DNA of 64,000 nt from Harriotta raleighana (GCA_050575255.1 JBNZDD010013726.1:4175036-4239035); one strand, 5' to 3'. Numbered from the stretch's first letter, positions 12,064 through 24,221 are shown. Numbers and translations are program-made. Notes: generated by a model not told the origin, from the sequence alone.

Positions 12064-13903
12064 GCCTTGGACGTCATCCAAGATCGAGGGAATCCGCTCT
12101 GCAGTCCCCCCAACTTACACACCCTCCCTATCTCCCCCCCACACCCCACCTCCTACCCATCCCTCCTTCCACACCTTCTATCCTATCTCCCCATCCTCCC
12201 TCATTAAGATCATCTCCACCATGAAGCTCACCACCTGCTCACTAGATCCCATCCCCACCCCTCTCCTTACCACCCAGCTCCACCTTCTAGCCCCTCTAAT
12301 CATTGACACCATCAACCTGTCCCTCTCATGCAGCATTGTTCCCACTCCCTTTAAAACCGCTACCATCACCCCATCCTAAAAAAGCCTTCCCTCGATGCAT
12401 CACGGCTATCAAGCTACTGGCCCATCTCCAACCTCCCTTTCCTTTCCAAGGTCCTCAAAAGAGTGATTGCCTCCCAGCTCGCTCTTTTCTCACAAAAAAT
12501 TCACTCCTCGAACCCATCCAATAGGGTTTCCATGCCTCCCACAGCATGGAAACTGCCTAGACAAGGTCACCAATGACATTCTGACCATCTGTGACCAGGG
12601 CTCCCTGTGCCTCCTCGTCCTCCTCGACCTATCCGCTGCCTTTGATACAGTGGACCACACAATCCTCCTCCACCGCCTCTGCTCCCTCCTCAATCTCCAA
12701 GGCTCTGTCCTCAACTGGTTCCGGTCGTATCTCTCCTACCGCCTTCACTTCGTCTCCTCAAATGTTTTTTCCTCCAGCCCCCGCACAGTCACTTGCGGCA
12801 TTCCCCAGGGCTCTGTCCTTGGCCCGCTGTTCTTCACCCGATACACTCTCCGCCTGAGCGACATCCTCCGCAGACATGAGGTAAATTTCCACATGTTTGC
12901 AGACAACACCCAACTCTATCTCTCCGTGTCCACCCTTGACTCCAGGACTATTGTGGTTCTGACTATATGTCTATCCGACATTGAGTCCTGGGTGACGGCA
13001 AACTTCCTACAGTTCAACATCAAAAAGAGGGAGGCGCTCCTGATCGGCTCATGCCAGTGCCTCCACACCTCAGGCTCTGACAACACCAGCGTCCAAGGCT
13101 GCTCTCTCCACCTCTCAAAGCCAATCAGGAATCTGGGCGTCTTGTTCGACCCCAAATTATCCTTCCTCCTCCACATCCGTTTCATGACAGGCATAGACTT
13201 CCACCACCTCCACAATATTGCCAGGCTCCGCCACTACTTAACCCCCCATGCCGCCGAAACCCTCAATCACTCCTTGATCACTTCCACGCTTGACTACGGA
13301 AAAGTTCTCCTCATTAGCCTTCTCAACTCCTTCCTTCATAGGTTGCAGATCATTCAGAATTCTGCAGCTCGTGTACTCTCCCGCACTGGGCTTCCTGACC
13401 ACATCATTCCCACCCTCGCCCGTCTCCACTGGCTCTCCATCCCCCAGAGGATCAAATTCAACATCCTCATCCTCACTTTCAAGGCCATTCACGGCCTTGC
13501 CCCCATCTATCTCTCTGACCTGCTGTCTCTCTATCAGCCTGCCCGGACCCTCTGTTCTGCAGTCTCAGGCCTGCTCTGAGTCCACCGCCCTAACCTCCCA
13601 ACCATCAGTGGCCGGGCTTTCAGCCTCTCAGCCCCCACACTTTGGAACTCCATCCCGGAGTCCCTCCACCTTGCTTCCTCCCTTTCCTCCTTCAAGGCCG
13701 GTCTGAAGACCTTCCTTTTCAACCGCGCCTTCGGCTCCCCCCCTGACTCTTCCCCCTCTCCCACTCTCCTTTCCCCTTCCCCTACCCCAGACCCCCCCCC
13801 CCACCCCCCCACCTACTCGGGCCCGATCTGACTATTCAGCGCTTTGGGACGTCCTCCCGATGTGAAAGGGGCTTTACAAATGTAATTTTGTTGTTGTTGT
13901 TGT
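12064..13903 (+). mobile_element. L2-clade LINE, 5'-truncated, about 1.84 kb
   Basis: RT ORF (next feature), C-rich 3' UTR, stem-loop tail and (GTT)n end. AGAGCA at 12058-12063 and 13904-13909 is a likely target-site duplication. Confidence 0.93.
12467..13579 (+). pseudogene. L2 ORF2 reverse transcriptase domain, decayed
   Basis: Motifs LLVLLDLSAAFDTVDH, GIPQGSVLGPLFF, FADNTQLY (catalytic YADD altered), RNLGVLFD, LQIIQNSAAR, LHWL. Frameshifted upstream, with a premature stop. Confidence 0.92.
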
Positions 13904-14183
13904 AGAGCACTCGCCTTGCAAGCGAGAGACCTGGGTTCGATTCCAGGCAGGTCAGGGCAAAACCTTGGGCAAGTTTCCTAACTCCACACACCTTATAATA
14001 ATCCCTCAAAAAACAATAATAAATTGCTCATTCAATCCACGACTGTTTGAGGGACACTGCCGTGTCTTGCCGTGTTTCGTTCACAAATGAACAGTCAATT
14101 CATTTTACAGTAAATTCTGTGAAATGTTTCAAGACATCTAAAAGACCTGAAAAGCGCTATATCAAATGTAAGATTATCATCAA
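13904..14183 (+). mobile_element. tRNA-derived SINE (portion 3' of the L2 insertion)
   Basis: agagcactcgccttgcaagcgagagacctgggttcgattccagg...gcgctatatcaaatgtaagattatc. Confidence 0.9.
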
Positions 14184-14184
14184 T

Positions 14185-14420
14185 ATTCCACAGTCTCATT
14201 ATCCTTTGTGTGAAGTAGTTCCTCCTAAATTCTCTTTTTAATCCCCTAGACACTATTTTATATGTGTGTCCCCTGGTTGCCAATTTCTGAACCAGTAGAA
14301 ACAGCCTAGATATGTTAACATTATTGATACATTTTATAATTTAAACACTTCTATTAGAACCCCCCACTTTTATCACCTCTTCTTCAGTGGCAAAAGGCCT
14401 AACCTATCCAATCTATCCTA
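14185..14420 (-). mobile_element. CR1 ORF2 C-terminal fragment
   Basis: Translates to TRGHTYKIVSRGLKREFRRNYFTQRIMRLWN, the CR1 TRGH...FFTQRV...WN motif. Confidence 0.8.
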
Positions 14421-15589
14421 ATAGCAGTAACCTGACAACCCTGGTCACATTTTTTAACTGTTCTTTAGTCCATTCTGCAAACTCAATTTTACATGACCTT
14501 ATTCTAACTCCTAGAATGAGTTTCTCATGTGACGATAGTTGGCAGTTCTTCAATCAGTGCCATGTAAATCTGTTGCAATGGTAACTTTAGTTATAGATCA
14601 TAACTAAAGCAGAAATGAGATGACATTTCTCAGAAAGGAATCCTGCCTGTGGCTGAGTGTGAAGATTGGTGTGCAGAAAATCTAAACCACAATGTCGCAG
14701 TTTGCCAAGGAAGCATCAGATATGAACTCTCAATGAGCATTCAAGAGGAAACAACCACTCGCCTAGGTGTGGCACACATCCAAAGATGAATGAAAGAAAT
14801 ACGTGCCCGAGCATCATACAATAAAATGGTTGTGCGTAGTTTCTCTTTTAATTAAAATGTATGAGATACATTAGTGTTATTGCCATGCACAGTAATAAAT
14901 CGGAAGGATATTACACAAGGAAAGTGAATAACCTAGAACAGTTATAAAATCTTGTTAATAGAAGATTACTGATTAATAATCCCTTGATGATGTTGAATTC
15001 TAATTATCGTGTTCTGATTCGACTGAAGGAAAATAAATAGCTACTTTAGCATCTTTTTTGATGTAAAGTTCCACAATAAAACTTATTATTAATGCAATTA
15101 ATGGCTTTCCCTCATCAGCTCATGAAGCCTGACAAAATAGCGACAGTTGAACTGTCATGAGGAGTTTCATAACTTTTTAATGATGCAGGTTGATTGAGTA
15201 GACTGATCCTAATTCTGATATTATAATAGTGCTTTTGCAGTATGTGACTAGCTTGCAGATGCAGCTCATTTCATTTCATCACAAGCTTTTTCGCATTTTA
15301 TCAAATAACTGCAGTGTCAGTCTTGATCACTGAAGCAAATTAAGATTTGGAAAGGTTGTGTCTTGTTGCAATTTTGACACAGAACGTTAACATACTTTGT
15401 TCACTTCCATTACTATAATGGTTCTGTGCAAAACAACTACCTCTCAGTCAAACCCAATATAAATTATTCCTAGGTTTTAAAGATAATTGAATAAAACCCT
15501 TCCCTTACCAACAGTCCAATGTTTGGGACACAAGGCAGAAATAATTGGATTAGAATTCTTCATAAATATCCTTGCTTTTGATTTAGCGC

Positions 15590-15950
15590 TCGTAGCGCTT
15601 CACAGGATATAATGAAAAGTGATGTGATTGTGTATTTTGTGACGAACACGGCAGCCAATTTGCACACAGCAATGTCCTATAAACAGTCAGTTTTGTTTGG
15701 GGGATGGTTGACTAGGACATTGGGAGAAACTCCCTTCTCTTTTTGAATAGTGCCCTGTGATTCTTTAATGTTCACTTGGACAGGGATGTAATATCTCACC
15801 CAAAGGTCAGCACCACTGACAATGGAGCACACCCCATCAATATATTTGAGCATCATTATATCTATATGGGTTACGAAAATGGGCCGAAACTAACAACTGA
15901 TTTTGATTCAGAGGCGAGAATGTTACCAATTGAGCCAGGCTGACATACAC
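15590..15950 (-). mobile_element. Older Deu-domain SINE
   Basis: ggcagccaatttgcacacagcaatgtcc...ggacattgggagaaactcccttctctttttgaatagtgccc...gattcagaggcgagaatgttaccaattgagcca. Confidence 0.75.
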
Positions 15951-16339
15951 TGAACCAGGGTGACACAATCATTGGATGGATATAATTTGATTAAAGAAAA
16001 ATTAAATAAACGCCTTCTCCAAATAGGTAACACTGCATATAAAGAGAAATCTATAATTCATCATTATATTATTCATGGGATTCATGCTGGACAACTTATC
16101 TGTCGTTATTTCAGAACCTCAAATCATGCACACAAAACTGACCGTATGGTATTTATTACTGGAAGTGACTTTAACCATCCAATAACATCCAATAGAAGAA
16201 ACTATATGACGTTCCCAACATAACAAGCAGAAATCACATTATCTTTATAAATATTAATGGTTTTGATGTGTAACAAAGAAGAGACAACATTAAATGAAAC
16301 TAAGCAGGAAACCTTGATTCTAAGAACGTGTATTAAAAA

Positions 16340-16815
16340 TGTATGTAAGCCAATGTTGAGATGTATAGCCAGAGGTACATAACATAAATCCTAGGAACTA
16401 ATCGTCAGCTTTTGATTTTTTGTAAGACGAGGTTGAGTGCCAATATGATTATAATCTTTACAATTCTGAAGGACCGTATAATGTAGACCATGATAAGTTG
16501 TTTGAAACTTATACTGAACAGTAGAAACAAGGATATGGCCTGCAATTGAAGGGGGATAAATTCAGAACAAATCTGCGGAAACTTCAGTGAGCGAATAGTA
16601 AATGTATCAAACATACTCCCTGGGAAGATGGTGGAAGCAGAAAGTGTTCTTTGTTTCAAGAATAAATCAGATATATTTCTGCTGGAAAATATTATCTCAG
16701 GATGCAGTAAATAGTTTGGTACATGACATGTCAAGTGACTGTCAAGATGGTAGAAGGCAAACTAGATGGTCCTTAGTTTTCTTTTGCCAAGCAAATTCTT
16801 ATGTTCTTATGTTTG
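16340..16815 (+). mobile_element. CR1 LINE 3' fragment
   Basis: Decayed ORF2 end, then actagatggtccttagttttcttttgcc and a (TTCTTATG)n tail. Confidence 0.75.
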
Positions 16816-16859
16816 TTTGTAAGATGCAAAATTGGTCTAGACTGACCTGGAATAATGTG

Positions 16860-17182
16860 TAATAATAATAATAATAATCCTTGCATTTGATATAGCGCTT
16901 TTCGCATCTTATCGACGTCCCAAAGCACTTCACAGAATATACTGCAAAGTGAATTGACTGTATATTTGTGGGCGGAACATGGCAGCCAATTGCGCACAGC
17001 AGTGTCCCACAAACAGTCATGGATTGAAATGACCAATTTTTATTATTGTGGGTTTTTTGAAGGGATTATTATTAGGCGTGTGGAGTAAGGAAACTTGCCC
17101 AAGGTTTTGCCCTGACTTGCATGGATTTGAACACATCTCATGCTTGTAAGGTGCGTGCTCTAACTACCAAGCTACAGGAACT
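16860..17182 (-). mobile_element. tRNA-derived SINE, full length
   Basis: Reverse complement of the 3530-3869 type. Confidence 0.92.
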
Positions 17183-17231
17183 GTATAATAATGTGTACAA
17201 TGTATAAAGTTAATCCTGGGTCACAGAGGTT

Positions 17232-17350
17232 ACAACAACAACAAATAACTTCAATTTATATAGCGCCCTCCATGCTGGATGGCATCTCAGAGCGCTTCAC
17301 AGTAGCGGATCCTGGGACCGAGCCAAGGGCAAAGGTGACCAAAGGTGCGA
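17232..17350 (-). mobile_element. L2-type 3' tail stub
   Basis: acaacaacaacaaataacttcaatttatatagcgccctccatg...gcatctcagagcgcttcac. Confidence 0.55.
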
Positions 17351-17989
17351 AGAGAAAGGTTACAATGGAGAACAAATAAATTGAAGTGAGGCATCTGAGC
17401 CACATGGAGGAGTCAACAGAACTACAAATATTAATCCTGAAGAAAGAAGTCCTGATGGAAATCTTATTGAAATGTTCAAGATTCTAATTCACATCACATC
17501 ATCAGTTGTAAAAAAAAACACCTGATTGATATTCTGCAAATAATTTCAACTGAGCACAAGTGAATGACCGCAAAATGGAGTGCTTATTTTTTTCATGTTA
17601 TCAAAGTGCATCTTGCATGATTTGCACTTTAACAGCATTAAAAAACAATCAGTTTCCAGATAATTTAATGTAGCATCCGAGAACTTTCAATGAACGATGT
17701 GAGAGCAAATCCACTGTGGTTCACGTACCCATGGTTATGCTGCCATCAGTGTGAGGAGTGAGGTGAGGTGTGAGGAGGAGGGCTCCAGAATGTTTTTCAT
17801 TGGCTCAACATAAAATAAAATCTAAAAAACAAAGTACTGTAAGATATTCATTAAGTTTTTTTTAGGACCGCACCATGCATTGGAAGAGATGAGAGGATTT
17901 AAACTTAATGTAAATGTTGGGAAAAGGTTAGAAAATGTTATCTCAAAAAGGAGACTCCAAATAAAACTCAAAGAATATCATATAATACT

Positions 17990-18310
17990 TGGCAGCATCT
18001 AGAGAAAAAGGAAAAATCAATCAATGTTTTGGGTCCACAACCCTTCATCACAATTGAGTGATATACTGATATATAATATATTGATATATTGATATATTGA
18101 GCGATAAGGATGACTAGAAATGGAAATTTGTCTCCAGGATTGAGACTTTACTGCCAAAGGGCCCTTCAGTTCTGCCAAAGGGTAGTGGACCCGAAACATT
18201 GACTCACTTTTCCTTTTTCTCCCTAGATGCTGCCTGACCTGCTGAGTGTTCCCAGCGATTTCTGTTTTGTTTCAGATTTCCAGCATCTGCAGTATTTTGC
18301 AGTTTTGATT
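17990..18310. mobile_element. Penelope-like terminal repeats in inverted orientation
   Basis: 17990-18051 (ggcagcatctagagaaaaaggaaaa...gggtccacaacccttcatca) is the reverse complement of 18172-18235. The right arm continues as the reverse complement of 4012-4080. Confidence 0.7.
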
Positions 18311-19138
18311 ATATAATATTTTGTCTTATAGATTTTAATGCCAGTTGAGCCAGTGAAAAGCATGTTAAAGCTCTGCTCCTAAGGCCTCCTGTGTGGCTCT
18401 GATGGCATGATGGGCAGAATTAAATAGTCGGATAATTCACTGTCCCTGTCCCAAAACTTGTGAACAATTCTCGTCTTGCTCATTCAGATTGAACCTATTC
18501 CTGGGAATGTTTTGTATGATACAATATAAAATTCCACTGTCCCATCAAATGTTTGTTTAGTTTTAGACTGGTAGATATATTGAGTATCAATGATCTCTGG
18601 AAGTGGAAATTTGTCTCCCAGGATTGGTACTTTACTGTCAGAAGGAACATACTGCTCACAAGACAATCCCACAACAACAACAACAAAATTACATTTTTAC
18701 AGCGTCTTTCACATTGGGAGGACAGTCACCGTTTTCAATAGTAAGTCCAATTCACTTACTTAGGATTAAACACTGAATGTTTTCATCAAAGAATTGAAAG
18801 CCATTTAGAATTGTACTTAAAAATCTTTTAAAAGGAATTCATTTGAAATTGTAAGTTCACAGAATGCTCTAGTAGTGTCAGAATTGGTGGATTCAAATCC
18901 CTGAACTAAGCATGATTAAATTCAACTTCCATCAATGAAAGTCAATTTCATCAATCCAGTTTTCAGGCAGGTTTTTTTTTAAATGTTGTTTTACATTTGC
19001 AATAGTATTGGTAGCAAAATAAAATGTTTAAGACAATGCTGCTTCCATACAATACTTTCTATACCTTGAATCAAGATTAAAACCAACTCTGCATCTGTGT
19101 GCAGAGCACCATTTTGTGTAAATTTTGAACTATTTGAA

Positions 19139-19769
19139 ATTCACTCTCAGGAGTCAAAAATATGATATGGTGCAAAACATATGATGGTTCATAACTGAAT
19201 TGATGTGGATTTATGAAAGATAAGATTCTGTACCCAAGGATACAAATTCCCATCAATTATTCATTTTCTTTCCTAGCAATTCAAATTGAACATTCCCAAT
19301 AGTCGAATAATATTTATGTTTACATGTAATTTAAAAACTGAATTCTGATGAGGAATCCTGAAAAGTTCTGTGAAAAGTTTATTTTTCTGATGTTGATCAA
19401 GCTGTGTTTTTCCAATACGGTATTTTGTTTTTTAAACTGGAATATAAAATGGCACAAATTGAACTGGCTCAATATTATTTCCTAAATTAAGGAATATAAA
19501 GTTCTTAATACATTTTTTTAAAAATGCATGAAAGCTACTGAAGTACCTATAGTAAAAATGTATCGATCCAAATATGGGTGGATAGAGGAAAAACATTCTG
19601 AATTGCAGAAAGTTAAAACCCACCAAAGTGGAACAATGTGGCCTTGAAGTGAATTAGGTCTATAATGCTTTTTCAATTGAGAATCTGAATTTTTTTATTT
19701 TCAATTATTGTACTATATTTCAATTATATGTTTTCCACCATATGATATTTTTTACTCCTGAGAGTGAAT
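19139..19769. mobile_element. Probable non-autonomous DNA element with 44-bp inverted repeats
   Basis: 19139-19182 attcactctcaggagtcaaaaatatgatatggtgcaaaacatat versus reverse complement of 19726-19769 attcactctcaggagtaaaaaatatcatatggtggaaaacatat: 41 of 44 identical. Confidence 0.65.
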
Positions 19770-20014
19770 AAAATAAAGAATGCTGTTCATCAATTTGAAT
19801 TCATTATTATTGTTTGTCTTAAACTTTAAAAACTAACCTGCATAATTGTTTTCATATGACAGTCAGCTTTTAGGATTATTAAAGTAATGGTACAGAGCCA
19901 CTGATAAAATTATAGGCATTTCTTGTTTGAAACTTTTATTAACTCCTACAAACATTTAAAGTCAGCAAACTTTTTCCTAAATCCAATATGCTACTAATAG
20001 TGTAGGTTATCCCT

Positions 20015-20242
20015 CAGTCCCTTCGCCTTGCCCCCTTCCTGGCCTCCTTCAAGTCTCGCCTCAAGACTCTTCTCTTCGATGGACCCATTGGCAATTCATA
20101 ATCCCCCCCTTCCCTACCCCTCCCCCTCCGCCCTCGCCTTCATCCTCATCCTCAGCTCGAGTCTGAAGCACTGACTGTCCAGCCCCTTGGGACGTCCTCC
20201 TGACGTGAAAGGGCTATACAAGTATAATTTTGCTGTTGTTGT
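20015..20242 (+). mobile_element. L2 LINE 3' end
   Basis: ctccttcaagtctcgcctcaagactcttctcttcgat, C-rich UTR, then ccttgggacgtcctcctgacgtgaaagggctatacaagtataattttgctgttgttg. Confidence 0.88.
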
Positions 20243-22552
20243 AGGTTTGAAATCTGTCTTTTATAAACCTGTGGAGTCAAGATCTTTTACAGCAAACACA
20301 GGTGAGTGCATGATCACTAGTTGTAAACCCAATAGAGTTAAGAAACAGAATTAAATGACAATATCCACTCATTTTTCAAATGTGAGATGAAGTCATTTGC
20401 AAAAGCAATGAAATGTTTGTATAAGCAATTCAATTTTCTTTCTGTTAAAATATATCATTCTTGTTTTGACAGCAAGATAAGCTACTTTTATTGCAGTGAA
20501 TATTATTTTACATGTAAGATGATATATAACATGTCTAAGTACTCCTGATTCATTTTATAATAAGGCAACATTACAATTTAGCATCCTTGGCATATATTTG
20601 ACAAGAGTTTCACAACATTATTTTTACAAGTTGACTGATATATAATATTTGCATTATTGAAGACATGGATCTGTAAAATAAAGTTTAGGTTTAAGGTTTC
20701 CACATATTAACCTATTACAGAACTGAAAATGTATTTGTGTGATAAAAAATAATTACGTATTAAAGCTTGTTTGAAGCATATTGACTTGGAAATAGGAAGA
20801 GAAAAGAATTCAAATTACTAGTTAGATTTGAAATGACTAAAATTGGGCTTCCATCACGAGCAAATCACAAATTGAAAAAAAAATCGTTTTTTTCTGAGCT
20901 CTGAAGAAATATTTGTTGTTTTTGGAATGGGAGCCAATGAATAGATCAATTGAGCCTATTCAGATTTACACATGCAATTTCCTTATACTATACCTTTTTA
21001 TTATATGAAGACTCACCATTGGATATCTCATCAGTGATTCTGACTGTGTTGTTGCATTCTTATTAGGGAAGTTGTTGGTGGCACTTCAATGTTAAAAGAT
21101 AGTTGGTTTGAGCAGAATCCAGCTTTTTGTGCTCCCCACATGCAGCCTGACCTCATTTCCAAACTGTGTGTGGTAGTCACAGATGTAATGCATTTATATA
21201 TGCACACATATAACTTCGGATGATCTTGCCCCATGTCTTCTCAGTATCACTCCATTAAAATGGATGTGCAAAGAGTTCCCCTGTGGAGCTCTATAGTCAT
21301 GAATATAATAAGAAGCAATGGTGCAAATAAAAATCAAATTGCAAGTAATTGATGTAGGGATACAATTAGATTCCTTATCTTGTGAGACCTCTCCACTCTT
21401 CAGATAAAAGCACTCTCCCGATGCCATTTAACAATAAAAAGAGTGTGTTCGATAGGCTTCCAATTGTTTCCAAACGTTCTCGATGGACTGTCTAGCTCTC
21501 CTCCTCATTCATTTCCACACACTCAATTAAGAGGTGGAAGTGCTGTTTTACTCTGTTTTAAAAGCTCCGAGGCAGAAATTTTCTTGCTCACTGAATTATT
21601 TTGCCTTTCTTAGAAAAAACATCCTATGAAGCTCAATCAAATCATGTACCACGCAGCAATATATCAAATACATTGCACTGCTTAGTGATGAAGCAAGACT
21701 TAAACACATGACCTCTACAGTTCTAATGTGGGCCAAACTATCAGAAGGAGTCAGTAAGTAAAGACTGGTATATTCTCTAAGGGAAGAGAGACAAGAATAG
21801 GCCACCTGAACTACTCTAATACATCTCCCAGCAGCTTTAACAAAGAACTATGTGAAGATCTCTTTGGCTGTTCTTTGAAGGAACAGTGGAGGTCACAAGG
21901 AGACTTCAAAGGAAATTTATTTTATGAAAAAGAAATACAATCTGTAGTTTAGAAAGTAAAGTTGTGAAAGTTGTGCCAGCTTATAGTTAAAGCGCTTTTC
22001 TTCCATCCAGGCTTCTGCTCAAGTACCAGATGACCACAGGATTTGTTCCAAAATGATTCAAACCAGATGCCTGCCTAACCCTATGTACATCATTTTATTT
22101 CCTTTTATATTTGGAGTGAAAACAAATGTTTCAAGAGGGAATTATGGAAATTTCACATTCAAAGGGACCCAAACCTAAATTTAACCAAACAACATCCAAA
22201 TTTGGAGATCATCCATCACAAACACAATTTGGACTCATTGGTATTCAGTGAGACCATGTGTACAATTGTCAGACTTCCCCCCTCACCGCCCCCCCCAAGT
22301 ACCTACATCAACTAAGCACCATCTTCAATGTGTTTAATGTTGTAGTTTAGGGGGATTGTCATGCCTAATCGTGCCCTTTGTCATGTAACTGCTAAATGAT
22401 TCTTTGAATTCATTTTATTGAGCTAATCTTCTAATCAGAAGGCACCACTCCAGATTGAGTTCAATCAAAATAAATGAGACAGTTTCTCCCTTTACATTGG
22501 AAACATGTCAGTCTCTAACACATGCAATCTTTACATTGCATCTTTCTAACAG

Positions 22553-22790
22553 GAAATGGAAGAAAAGATTAGCAATTGTCAGGTGATAGACTTTGCATTA
22601 TGAGCTTCATTAATGGAATAGCATTCGTCAAGGGAGAAACTGAAAGAGATTTAGGGATGTTAGTTGACTCATTACTCACTATGTCAAAACAGTGGGAGAC
22701 AACGAGAAACAAGGCAAATATGATGTTGGCAATGTTGCCAAATCAATTGGCTCAAGCTACACAGTGCTCTGTAAGGCAGACTACTATACA
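22553..22790 (+). mobile_element. Old CR1 ORF2 fragment
   Basis: ETERDLGMLVDSLLTMSKQW...KANMML matches the CR1 ERDLGV.V...L.M..Q...KAN.ML motif. Confidence 0.7.
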
Positions 22791-23519
22791 CACTACTGGC
22801 AACAAGCTAAGGAGGCTACTCAATGAATGATAGTTTCATTATACTGAAAATGCTGCACGTGATTAAATTATGTGCTCGCTTTAAATCTGAATTTTAAATA
22901 CCTTAGCTTACGTTAATCATCAATAAGTAAGATAGAATTATTTATTGCACACAACATGCTTTACAAAAATGTTCAGACAATTGAACAAGGTTTGTATAGG
23001 AAAATAATAGCTTTTGAAACATATTTTAGGATGACCATCAATAGTGATTACTACTATTGTTCCATGCCATATCATTCCTCATCCCTTTTCATCTATTATT
23101 GGAGACAAATATAAACCAATGCATAATGAAGGCAGTTGACGCGTACTTTCATGCATCTTGCTGGGTAATAAAGTGGATTATTATTAAAACATAAGCAATT
23201 TCAAGATACTAAAGTTGGTGCTTTTAGAATAATGGCATGTCCAATTGAGATTAGGAATCATATGTAAATTGAAGTTAAATGCATGATGTTGCCCAAAACT
23301 ATTTCCAAAGTCCATTAAAGAAAATATTTATAGCAATGTTCTAGTTAGCCTGCTCTTAGAAGTAAGTTTGCCTTCAGTACACATCATATAACAAATCTAA
23401 TAAATTATACACAATTGGCAGAACTTGGGAACTTGGGAAAGAATGTTTTCTGTATGCATCTTTGTATATTCTATAGATATTGCAATAATAAAATATCTTA
23501 GATTTGATTTCTCACCTCT

Positions 23520-23768
23520 CACAAGTTCGATTCCTGGCAGGGCGAAATCTTGGACAAGTTTCCTTACTCCATATGCCTAATCCCTAAAAAAATAATAATT
23601 GTTATTTCAATACAAAACTCTTTGTTGGACATGGCTGTGCACAATTGGCTGTCCCGTTTCGCCCACATATATACAGTCAATTCAGTTTGCAGTATATTCT
23701 GTGAAGCGTTTAGAGATGTCTAGAAGATGTGAAAATCACGACATCAAATGAAAGGATTATTATTATTA
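23520..23768 (+). mobile_element. tRNA-derived SINE, 5'-truncated
   Basis: Starts at the B box gttcgattcctggcagggcg and ends ggattattattatt. Confidence 0.88.
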
Positions 23769-23769
23769 A

Positions 23770-24140
23770 GGGGATTTCCCCAACACCTCACAGGATATCC
23801 TGCAAGATATAGTAACTCTGTATTTTGCAGGCAAACATGGCAGCCAATTTACACTCAGCAATGTCCCACAAACAATGAAATGAATGATCAATTTTATTCG
23901 GGGGGATTGTTGGCCGGAACATTTGGAGAAACTTACTTTACTTTTTGAATAGTTCCATAACATCTTTAAAATCCATGTGAGGAAACAGACCGGATTTAAT
24001 GACTCATCTGGAAGATAGCACCTTTGACAATGCAAAGCATCCTGAGCACTGCATTGAATTGTTAGTCAAGACAGCAAGTTCAAAGACCCAACTTGGAATC
24101 CACAACATTCTAATTCAAAGGTGAGAAATGGTTGAGCTGA
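23770..24140 (-). mobile_element. Older Deu-domain SINE
   Basis: Homologous to 15590-15950. Confidence 0.7.
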
Positions 24141-24221
24141 GGCCGGTCGAAGGAAAGGATAACGTAATTCTGTGATGCTTTTCATTATTTAGTTACACAG
24201 TTGTAGGCATATGAATACATT

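Noticed and set aside
22553-22582. 30-nt in-frame microexon-like segment (EMEEKISNCQ) with good acceptor
   Set aside because: It aligns with decayed CR1 ORF2 (KWQM.FN..KC.V.HFG region) and the donor GTGATA is mediocre.
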